Shown here: positions 14,026-29,137 of the stretch, piece by piece
Layout: the number at the start of each line of letters is the position of its first letter
How positions within the stretch are numbered: position 1 is the stretch's first letter
Assembly (NCBI RefSeq): GCF_000150275.1
Contig: NW_002060943.1
Location: forward strand, 4,422,008-4,486,007
DNA length: 64,000 nt
Reading direction: 5' to 3'
DNA from: Trichoplax adhaerens
Lineage: Eukaryota; Animalia; Placozoa
Program-made: the position numbers and the translations under genes
The notes under the pieces: model-generated
The model's input: the letters and a program-made list of their open reading frames with translations, nothing else
What the model was told of the DNA's origin: nothing
The model's database searches: none

Positions 14026-16559
14026 GAAAAAGGAGATTAATTAATTGCTTATGAGGAAAAGAACGAAGCAGAAATAAACAAATTTATACATTAACAGAGT
14101 TCATGGCTAAAGTGTCACGCAAAGAGGTATTCTACTGCTACATACCAGCCATCGGAGTAGATCCGCTTCATGTCACAGAAAGTTGTTTACTCTTGATATA
14201 CTGTACTGTACAGTACGTATAGCATTAAATATAGAAAGTAGTAAAAGTAGATCACTAGCAGATGGTTACTACCGTGGTTTATATAGCAGGAATAGATAGG
14301 TGTGGTGATCGAGTGATGCAATCAATATTATTTGAAAAGCCAATCAAACGTGCATTGCACTTTTGCATACTGAATAGTGAATTGAGAAAATGATTATTCA
14401 TACTTAATCAGAACTTAACCTTGTACATGGTCATGTACTGTAGTTGACTAGAACTTGTGCTTTATTAATTATTTGTATAGGAAGGCGCCACAATACCGGA
14501 AACATATGATCACGATAGTGGCCTTAGGTTTGGCAATGGCCATAATGTACAGTATTATAGGCTATAATATAGTATATTACACCGCAAGCTGCAACGCAGT
14601 GCAAATAATTTCATGACGCCCAAATGTGTTGTTACTGTTTTTAGAACATAAAATACATCATATTAAATACTCTAGTTAAAGTTGCGCAAAAAAAAAAAAT
14701 GACGTTCTATTCTCAAAATAGTAAATTAGAATTCAGATGAGTACGATATTGGTATGATGGAACGAGTTGAATAATATACTCACGTATACCGGTATACATA
14801 CGATATACGCATATACGAGTATACGAATATGTACGTTTCTATGCCATTAAAGGTTTGCCTTTAATGCAGCCCTAGCGTCGTATCGATCGATAACTTGTTC
14901 AGTAGCGATAGAAAAAATAGAAATTCAATAAAAAATAATACTATAATGTAATACGAAGTAGGAGAAGGATCGAATGTCAAAATCAAATCATTCTAGATCA
15001 TTTGGAATAGTTAACACATGCTAAAGTATAGGTCGGAACTACATGAATATCAGAATCTATAAAATTATAATGACATTTCGAGTTGTAGCTGTTTAACATT
15101 CTACGTAATTGCATATTCATCTATTGCACCGGCAACACTACTATATACAATTATTGTACATCCAGTATAGGCGTATTGTTCTATACAGTGAAGAAACAAA
15201 AGAAAGGAGTTATACTAGCTCAGTAGAACAAATTATGGTTATGTAGTCATGATTTTAGGCTTATTCTCCGCTCATTTATTTTGAATGAGGATTCACCAAG
15301 TGGCGCTACAATATATCGAATCATAATGACAGCTGAATCTTTAAGGACAGGAAATTTACTGCATGACTTGTTAAGACCAAACACACGGCAAAGAGTGACA
15401 GATGGAGGTTATTATTAAAACGTGTTATATGGTAGGATGGGTTAAGCATCTTGTAATAGTTAATTCGTATGGCCGGTTTTAGCAAGTGCAGGTGTTTATT
15501 TGAGAAAATAGCTGGTTCGTTAGAGTTTATTTTTACACTTGTAAGGGTAATAAAGCTATGGTAAATTTACGTTTAGTTTTAAATAAATAAATTAATTTAA
15601 TTAACAGTAAATTAAATTGAACTGTTCCAAGTACAGTACATGCATCCAAAAAGCAATCATGTATTGATTGATTGATTTAGTTTTTATTGGAATTTATTTT
15701 ACTGCTATTTACAGATAGGTAGATATTTGCTTCCTTTATAGTATGAACTAAAATAGAATTTATCAACACTCCTGCTTCCCGGAATATGTGAAAAGTGCTT
15801 CTGTAGAATGATTTCAGCTAATTGCAGTAGATATATATTAGTGGATACAGGATACGATGCCGTGTCGAGCTCGAGTTTAGAACTCATGCTTCTGCAAACT
15901 GTAATCTGCGGTGTGTCACAGTCTAATCATCGTGGAGTACAGTAAAGTACTGCACAGTTCTGTATATCTGGTTACGGCCAAAGTCGGTAATGCAGCCATT
16001 AGCGGTATATTGGCTGGCCAGTTTCATACCTATTGCTTTTAAATAAAATTTGCATGAACGTTTGTAGCTATGCAGTTAAGCAAGGCTTTTGCAGCTAGGC
16101 ATTTAGCATGACCATTATACATGCTTTACTGTCAGAAACAAACTATCCAAGTGGCCTTTGCAAAAGAAAAGACTTGACTTTTCTAGTCAATTTAAGCTTA
16201 CAAAAACATAATCTACTTGAAGTACCGAAGTTATTATTACATTACAGTACAGTATACCGTGCAGTATAAGACCACTATTACAGGGACGTGACGAGCCCTC
16301 TAAAATGGCTGAAAGATGTTAATGTTCAGCTACAGTGTTGGCTTAAATTATGTACTCAAATTTTGAAGAAATGTAGTTTCAATTTGGCTCCAATTTCCTG
16401 CAGACGGATCAGTACAACCTTGAGCAATTGGCTCTTGATGTTTTGATTACTTTTTATAGAAGTATTAGTCGCTCCGCCATTTTACAAGTCACGTTGTAAT
16501 ACATGCAGGTCTTACGTCTTCATGGAGAAGTTCACGAAATGAGAGGATCAGCCGTGTTC

Positions 16560-16962
16560 TACACTGTATAACTTGTACTAAAGTATGGACTCGATCGCTA
16601 TTGTACTGTAGTGCGTAGTATGGTCAGAGATAGAGACCAGAGTCAGGCAAGGCCTACTCTCAGTAGTCCGTGCCGCAGTCCATCCGTTAGTAGTTCATAG
16701 TATGGGTAAGGTACTGTACAGCGGCATTACACACACAACTCGCAAGTGGCAACTACAGCCATTGGCAGTTGTATCAGACGAATAAAAAATTCTAGTGCCA
16801 CAGTACTGCACTGGAACGGTACAGTGACGATACGGTTACAGTACTGACGTACTGTACTGTACACTGTAATTGAGGGTGACACAGCACTGTACTACTGTAG
16901 TGTTGTTGAAATGTGCGCATGCGTATTGATTAGTGTACAGCACAGTACTTACATTACAGTAG
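16560..16962. repeat. GTAC/TACAG pentamer-rich island in the RUVBL2 promoter
   Basis: Dense CAGTACTG, GTACTGTACTGTACACTGTA and TACTACTGTAG copies ending ~20 bp before the ATG. Confidence 0.8.
16914..16925. promoter_or_regulatory. NRF1-type element (TGCGCATGCGTA) ~55 bp upstream of RUVBL2 ATG
   Basis: 11/12 match to the NRF1 consensus YGCGCAYGCGCR in a housekeeping promoter. A YY1-like CCGCCATTTT also occurs at 16474-16483. Confidence 0.55.
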
Positions 16963-16977
16963 TTGGAACGGTCAAGC

Positions 16978-20675
<3,698 letters not shown>

Positions 20676-21152
20676 GCGATTACGTCTTGGCTACCTATGA
20701 TTTTTTAAGATATTTGCCCTTAGAATGCGATGGCAATAATGCTATAGTACTTGTAGTGTATCAACATCGTGTACAATTACGTATTTATAGATATGATATC
20801 TCATCTTTGTTCTAGCAGTGGTCAATCCAATAGATTCATTATTGCTATTATTCCTCTATTCGATCGTGCATTTTCTGTCTACGAATTTTCGTGCAACTTA
20901 TTGTACATTATTGAACATAAAATAGATCGATTACTCGTTTATAATAAATTAACTGAATATTTTGATGCTGACATTTATGGCTAAACCTGAGTTGGTACAG
21001 AGCGTATTGTATTAACAATGTTTTGCAGTTGTTAATAGTATGTCTGATTATGGTATCTTTCTAGAAACTAGATTTCACCCTGAGTTAGGTTACTACTATT
21101 GTAAAGGAGACCAACTCCATTATACTAGTATAGTGGTTACGTTATTAGAATC

Positions 21153-21511
21153 AATGCTAAGAGAGTGACGACACGGACTACTAATAGAGCTCTCTTAGTA
21201 GTCCCTAGTGACAGGCAGTTGAAATCAAGTATGAGCCTGTAATGTTGTTAGATGTGTCCAATTTATGTTATTTTAATGCAGGTAACTTGTTTCATAAATC
21301 GTATCATTGCAGTTTTCATCATATAAATCAGTTATAACAACATGTTACTTTATTTGAATTAATGCTAGGAGTGTAACAGTCAGTTGAAATAAAGTATGAG
21401 CTTGTAATGGTTGCTAGAAGTGTCCGATTTATTTTAATGAGATGGCTTGAAAATTGTTTCAGAAATCCTATCAGTGCAATTCTCATCGTACAAATTAGTT
21501 ATAACAACATT
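21153..21511. repeat. Diverged ~150-bp tandem duplication
   Basis: AATGCTA..CAGTTGAAAT.AAGTATGAGC.TGTAATG...AGTTATAACAACAT occurs at ~21153-21344 and ~21361-21511. Confidence 0.85.
21170..21206. mobile_element. 37-bp palindromic micro-insertion with 6-bp direct repeat
   Basis: AGTGAC[gacacGGACTACTAA tagagctctc TTAGTAGTCCct]AGTGAC. Absent from the sister repeat copy at ~21370. Confidence 0.6.
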
Positions 21512-22226
21512 AAGACTCAAAAAACGTGGTACAGCATATATAGTTATACACAAGGGCCGATAGTGACAGTAACGAATACCATTAAAATAAAGGGCTATGT
21601 ATCACCAATGATAGAATCGTTTGTTTCTTGTAAATAATATTTTAAGATATACAGGAAAAAGTTATATTTTTTATCGTATTACTGATTACCAAAATCTGCA
21701 GTTGCTGCAGATATCTTACTGTGCGTGTGTCATACAGCAAAAGTCATTCTCTTGTTGATGATTGGTTCCCCCCCCCCCAAATAAAAAAAGATTTCTTAGA
21801 ATAATTCGTCATTAGCCAGCAAATACCGTATAATATATTGCAACATTTCATTGGGCAACTATTAAATTAGTGTAGTATAAATGGTATACGCATATGGCAA
21901 ATGTTAGAAGACATAATTTTATGTCGTGTAACGCTTGCAACAGAGATCCCAATTTTGACAATAAACCAAATAAATGAGGCGTGAATAAATACATGAACAC
22001 CTAATTTGTCGATTAATTAATTACATTATTCAGTGCAGTGCTGTAATATACGAGCAACTTATTGCGGAGTAGTTTAAATAATGCAGCCTTTAGTATAAAG
22101 GAATATTTTAATAAGAGTATGATCTAAGCAGGGTATGGAGGGTTTATTGCGTTGTAATTGTAAATATCTTTACTAACACGTGCAATATTCAGCACGACTT
22201 GTTCATCATCGCTTTGCTATTTAATG

Positions 22227-23631
22227 CTATGGAAGTAGCGTAATTCGATTATTGTTGGATTCTTTACGTGCTTCCTCCTGATGAATCCGCTGATTTAACA
22301 TGTCCATGATAACCTTTTCAGAGTTACGTATGCTATTTTGAATATTCGTTGCAACAAATGCTAATGGATTGAAGGGTAGTTTAACTGGAGTTCTTTTGAA
22401 ACGGATACTTATCGGGCTCCGTGCTACACAATCAAGTTTCAATTTCGTAGGATTAAGGTTGAGAAATTGAGATATACGGTGCATTTCAGAGCGGAGGCTT
22501 GTTACCAAATTGGAGTAATGCACTATCAGAATTGGACCATCGTAGGCTAAATAGGTTTTATAGTATTTTTCCCAATTTTTACCAGCAAATCTGACGTGAT
22601 TTTCCCATAAATTACCTGCGTAAAATAGACGTAATTAACTTTCATTCATTTTAATTTTGATGCATTAGAAATGATGCCGTTATACTGTAATAGTAGCAGC
22701 CAGGGTATCATTTATACAGTCATCGTATTATTGCAATAAAAGATATTTTAATCAGATTTCTAGAATGATTACACCATCCAAACGTAAGAGACATTTTTTA
22801 GTCGTTTATCTCGATTGATAGTATGAGAAATATTGAAAGATGGAATACTTATTTAATCAAGGATAGAAGATATTATACTGCACATTAGTACTGGTACACA
22901 TACGATTTAGGTATCGAGATCTCGAGGCTACAATTTGTCGGGGTTTAGAATAGAGCCCATCAAAAGAAACGCGAAGGCATTCGAATGGGGAGCGAACCAC
23001 AACGATGACTTTATCTACAGGACCAACAAGGTTTAAATAGTTAGTTTCAACAGCTACTACCGAGGCTCCTAAAATAGAAGAAAATGGAAAAATGTAGAAG
23101 ATTAATTGTTCACGTCCCGGCATTAGAAAATGCCTCATCTTAAGGTTGGAGGCTTTGAAAGAAAAGTTTCGTATAGATCAATGTAATAAGGTTGGTATAA
23201 AAATTATTATCAAGGTATAAAAGGAGGAGAAAAATTCCAAAGTACAGTACAGTGATCATGTAGCATATCATAAGAGAAGAAGAAAATGATCATCAGCGTG
23301 CTGAATAAACCGACTAACCTGTACGACCGTATATATTTCCGACATGATGTCCTGAAATTTGTTGTATTATATAACGAACCCATTGAGTACCACATCCAGG
23401 AGGACCAACTAATGCAGTGACAGGAGAGTTACGTTTGATGTAGGATAATCGTTCAGAACATTCGCCTTTGGCTTCGAGGACAGAATAGTAAATTAAACGC
23501 GCTGGTGCTACAACGACTAAAACAATAAATATCGATGCCAAAAAAAAGGCAAAAGCGCACTCGCTGGCTGAAAAATAAGAAATTGGCCGATGTTGCAATT
23601 TTTGTCGTCGATGGTGATAGAGATTGTCCAT
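22227..23631 (-). CDS. WSCD-family sulfotransferase-like type II membrane protein, copy A (no WSC domain)
   Basis: Exons 23631-23319, 23068-22904, 22615-22227 splice in frame. N-terminal TM (CAFAFFLASIFIVLVVV), then TALVGPPGCGTQWVRYIIQQISGHHVGNIY (cf. WSCD ALxSFPGxGNTW), VIVVVRSPFEC, W...W...YLAYDGPILIVHYSNL...EMHRISQFL...LDCVAR. Confidence 0.75.
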
Positions 23632-24099
23632 TGTAATAAGGATTGCCGGCGCTACGTCTGAGCAACGAGACAGTATGGATAAAACTACTGTACTATGTTG
23701 GATAGGACACGATCATTTCGTAGATAATCAATCTCCATGCTGCCAAAGTACAATGCTATCCTATAGCGCTACGTAGTACCTGCTAAACGATTGAAAAAAA
23801 TGGCCCAGTGGATTGTACTTCATGAATCATCTCTACGAAAGCATTAGCGTACCATTCTACAATCATGGACATACACTATAGAGGCCAATTTTCTGATAGG
23901 AAACTGCAATGCGATTTCATCGGCCACGCCGCCAAGTATATTTATTATTTTTATTTATTTATTTATTATTATCCGTAATGAAAGTCAACGTCAGCACAGT
24001 TTAGTATAGCTTTTGGACCTAATGAAGACAAGAGGAAAAATTGACCCAAAGGCAGTCGAGCAATATGCAGCCTTTGCTCTTGCACGGTAGACTCAAGTG

Positions 24100-24575
24100 C
24101 TGTACGGTATACAGTACAGTACTGTAATTACTTTCTGTTTCACGTACTGTAGACTCGGACCAAGTACTGTACAGTACGTGTACAGTACAATACTGTCCTG
24201 TACAGTACTGTACTGTAGAAGAAAGCTTCAACCATGGTACTGAGTCTGTGCAGTGCACCCTGGAACCATGATACAGTAATGAAGATCGTGTACTCCAGAT
24301 TGACCTAATTACTGTGCTGTAGATCTTGTGATCTTTATTAAGGTTCAGCAGTTTTTTGCGATTTGTGTTGTATCTCAACTCAAACGTGAAAGGTGCACAT
24401 TACTGTCGGTCATTGACGATTGATCGCCATTACTGTAATACTGCTGTGTAGATTTTAGATCTTCCAAGTTTCTCGAATCTGTTTTTTTTCTACAGTCCAT
24501 TGTAAAAAGGGTTACACCAGTACAGTAAGTAATTGGACAAGAAATAGCATCATACTGTACTGTAGTGTACAGTAG
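24100..24575. repeat. (GTACA)n/(TGTAC)n pentamer island upstream of WSCD-like copy A
   Basis: e.g. TACAGTACAGTACTGTA (24110), AGTACTGTACAGTACGTGTACAGTACAATACTGT (24163), TGTACAGTACTGTACTGTAG (24199), TACTGTACTGTAGTGTACAGTAG (24553). Confidence 0.9.
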
Positions 24576-26093
24576 AAATTCAGAAAGAGAACTCTACCAG
24601 CTGGCACACATTGGGAGATGAGGAAAATGACATCAATTTGTTCACTGTATCGTGAACAAATTGATGTCATTTTCCTCATCACCCAATCTTTCAATGTTAT
24701 TTTATAATCCCTTTCCATTCGAAAGTAAGAGTGGGGAATGGGGAGATGCGAGTTAGGGTCAAATTTGTTCTTGAGTAGTCCCTGACTCCACACCACTTTA
24801 CTAAGTATACTCTAGGGCGTGCAGTAGATAGATATTCAATAATTTGTTCGGATTTTACATCGGATGTGTATTCGCAAAAGATCAATTTGGAATGGTTTAA
24901 GGGCTCGATGGAATAACTTACCGGCGTTCCTGCCGTTGCCCAGCCAATAAATAATCAAAAGTTACGTTACAATATTCGTCATGTCATTGACTCTTTCCTT
25001 TACGACCACTGGCAATAATATCCACAAAAATGCCCAGATGTACTTACACCGTAAGCTGTTATTCCGTATTAACAGTGACACATATTAAAGTAATTTTGCA
25101 GGGGGGGGGGACACAAAATGTGGTGCAATCTAGTAGAAGTCAAAAATAAAAAGAAGTGCTTGTATTCTAAGAGGAAAACTGCGATCCATCTGCAAAGATG
25201 CTACAGTAAATATAGCAGTACAGTACTGTAATTAAAATGAGCAGAGGAAACTGGCCAGATCTAATTTGAGAATGTATCTACTAGAAATTCTATCGCACAC
25301 AGTATACACTTAGTACGCTTGCATAGAGAATATAAATGAAGTGCAGTTTCTTAACACTTATACGTATATGATTCCTTTTATTATCAACACAAATTACATT
25401 ATGATCAGGCATGTTTTCTTTTTTCGACGGTTAATAATCACATTGAACCACATAGTCTTGTAAAGAACAACATCAGGATAGTCATTTTTTTTCGAGTCCA
25501 ATCATCTGATATTAATCAATAAAAACCGCGTATGCCTGTTAAAATATTGTTCAATTCTGATAAACTGAATGTTATGTATACGCAGTGATAAGATGATACG
25601 GTAATAGCGATGAGTAGCATAAGAAATCCGAAGGTTATGCGTATATGAGTGTACGATGTATACTTATAAATATGCTAAGCTAACGCAATAAAGGAGTTTT
25701 TAATTACATAAGCTTGTGCGCGTCACGGTGCCACTATTTGTAAAAGTTCTACTAGCCAGAGACATAACACTGAATACTGAGTAATATCGTATCCATTCCT
25801 GTTATGGCCTTAGTCTGCAATTATTTTAAGTACTTCGGTGTTAACGCCGATATTACTTCAGTTTTCAATATAATATCCATGATGCACGCTATAGTAACTT
25901 TGGATTGTCCATATAATTTATGCGAAAGAAAAATTGTTAACTGAGGAAATAAACGTTGAATGACATCTTATTGATTGATTGAGGAATTATATTATTACTA
26001 TCTTCACTTTATAACTTTAATCTCGAATATACCATAGAATTGTATAATTGCCATCTTGAATGGATATGTCTATTCATAAATAGACGTAGAACA

Positions 26094-27344
26094 TCATTTA
26101 TTCGAATTTTTATCATGGCATCGTTGATTGATTAATTTCATGATAGTTATTTTGGAGGTATTAACCAGATGGTGAACTTCAGGCTTAAGCAGTTTATATG
26201 GATTAAACGATAACGGGGCGGGCATACGCTTATATTTTCGAATCTTATAACTTCGAGCAACACAACTAAATTTTCTATTATCAGCAGAGATTTTTAGAAA
26301 TTTAGCTAGTCGATGCATTTCATATTTGAGATTACTCTTTAAATTGGAATGATTAACAAACAGTATGGGTCCACGAAAGGCTAGATAATTCATATATAGT
26401 TTTTTCCATAGTAGGATAGCAGAAGTCGCGTGTTTTCTCCATTTATCGCCTACATTTGCAAGGAAATTAAGATTAGTAACAATAACTAATTGATACCAAT
26501 GTATTTCCGAGATCATACATTTGTATTATAATATGTGATCTCGATCTTTAATGATATGATAATTACGTCTCAAATATATTGAAGCATGGTGAGAGTATAG
26601 ACAAGGCCAACAAAAAACAAAAAAAAAACAAGACTGAAAAAATTATAAACTATCCTGCAATTATTGATTAATAAAGTTTTATTGCCCACATGGGATATAA
26701 CTTACTGTGCTCCAAGTAATGTAACCTAAATCGAACATCAGGCAAATGTTGTTTTTCGTAGGAAACACGCATACATTCATAAGGATCTCGAATAATGACG
26801 ATAGCCCTATCAACCGGGCCAATGAGATTCATATAATTGGCCTCAACGGCAATTGCTGAAGCACCTGCAATCAAATAGGTTTAAGGATACAGTTAATATA
26901 ATAAATTAATAGATGTGTCCAGTAGTAACTGGCTGAAACATATACCAGTACATTTTAGTCTACTTGTATAAAACGTTGAAGCGTACATAACGATCCAAAT
27001 GATATCTATTTTTAAAATTCATCCTTTTATTTACCTGTATGGTCGTAGACATTACCGACATGGTATCCAGATATTTCCTGTACCATATAACTTACCCAAT
27101 CGTTACCGCATCCTGGAGGGCTGACTAACGCTGTTACGGGTACTTGCCGATTATAATAGGATAGGTAATAAGAACATTTTCCAGTGGCTGTTTGAACTGT
27201 TAAAATTATGATAAACATTGGTAAAACTACTAAGGTTAAAATTAGAAGCAGGATTAAAAACCAAATACAACGTCGCTCCGATGGTGTTATATATGATGAG
27301 GAAGATTTAAAGCTATGGACACGGCCGCTAACTCGGTACCCCAT
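26094..27344 (-). CDS. WSCD-family sulfotransferase-like type II membrane protein, copy B (no WSC domain)
   Basis: Same 3-exon layout as copy A (27344-27035, ~26865-26704, ~26449-26094). TM segment CIWFLILLLILTLVVLPMFIIIL, then TALVSPPGCGNDWVSYMVQEISGYHVGNVY, AIVIIRDPYEC, YLAFRGPILFVNHSNL...EMHRLAKFL...FSCVAR. Confidence 0.75.
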
Positions 27345-29137
27345 CTTTCAAAAGCATTCCATACGTTGAGTAAAGTAATAAATTATAAATAATCTACTGG
27401 AATTTTCACTTCGTTATTCGGCGTTGAAAATGAATATCAGTAGAGTTTATTGACAAAATAGATCTGTTCAGTCTTTATCCGTTGTTTTTAATCATGAGCC
27501 ACACGCATGATTGCTTGTGCAATGTGCATGGATACAATTCGTTGTCATCTATGCTAATTCTTGAAAGAAACGTTTATCAAAAAGATTGAAGAAACCCTTT
27601 CTAAAAATGATCATTTATGGTTCTTATTTAAAACCCTAGAAGACGAGATATGATTTAACGCTATAATAGCTTTATAGTTTATATATAATGATAACTTTGA
27701 CTATCAATACTAACATCAATTATAACAAAACTGCCTCCGTTCTATTAATCAGTATGTCTCTTTTATGTCTAGACAAAAAGGTGATTTGATTATTGCACTA
27801 TGTTTAACAATGTACATTGTATTAATTTTTTACCACTATTTATATGATAATTTTCACCATTATTTTAAACGCAAATACGCAATAAAGATAATATTGATAA
27901 TTACAATCGTAGAGATAAAATGTTATGAATGATCTAGATACACGTATTTGGAGACAAGATGCTACAGACATTATTTTGCTATTTATTAATTTTTATGTCT
28001 TAAATTAGATGGCGAAAAGCAAAGAGATTACAGTTTCCTTAACTCATAAATGTAACAAGATGGGCAATCTCAAGGAATATAATAGGGTTTTTTACTTTAT
28101 ATTAAGAATATAGCCAGAGCTATGATTACAATAATTGTCATTACTGTCGATTTTACATAACAAAATTTACCTTATTGATCTATAGAAGACGTTAAGGACT
28201 CGTTCACGATCTCTTTGAAAGATCGCTTATGTTATATAATAAATATCAAGATGTATTGTGATAAGAACTTTTACATGCTAGAAGTCGATGCTATCAAACG
28301 CAAAGGAATACTCTATATGCAATTTTGAAATTTTGAAGATTTAGTTAGAATCTGCAGACCCTATTCTAATATATTTCGTGAGATTAGCCTATTGTTTGAA
28401 CACTGACATTAAAATGCAATAGCAGTATTTCGTCACGACAGTATATTTGCAGCAGCATGCAAAGATTGATTATAAAATATTAGAATCGTATAACCTCTTC
28501 TACTAGTTAATTATAAATCACAACCAAATCTCATGATCTTCAAATTTATTCTTTATTGCTGCATAATAACATTTGCAATAATCAAATATATTTTGCTAAT
28601 TATTGCATGATAATAATTCAGTATAGACTCCGATGAGATCACAAAGACTTCATGTTAAATATTGACAGCAATTTGTTCTATATCTTCGCTTAGAAGAAGA
28701 ATTTCTCATCGAAAATAATCCGATACAGTTAATTAGCTGTTACAATTTAGGATATTATTGATCAAAGTATCGCATATATTTGCTCAATAATGGTATTTAA
28801 TAATGCCTAAGGAAAACTTATTACAAGAATAGGCAATAAAATATCATTTGCATTAAAAATAGCATCATAGCGACTGTTAGATATTGTTTGATAAAATTTA
28901 ATAAATGAATTTTTCGAGTTTTGACCCGATACAGATATAAGACATCGTAATCCAAGCATCTTCTTAAAAAATAAAGTTCATAATATGGCCTGATATAACT
29001 TTTATTTGGCTCTATATATCTGTAAGCTTTCGAATAATAAGAGCACATATAGTTTCAGAAGATTAATTATAACAAGTAGAATGTCTCGCTTTATTTAATT
29101 ATAATACAATGTGGAAGAAATTCAAAAAATGATTTCA

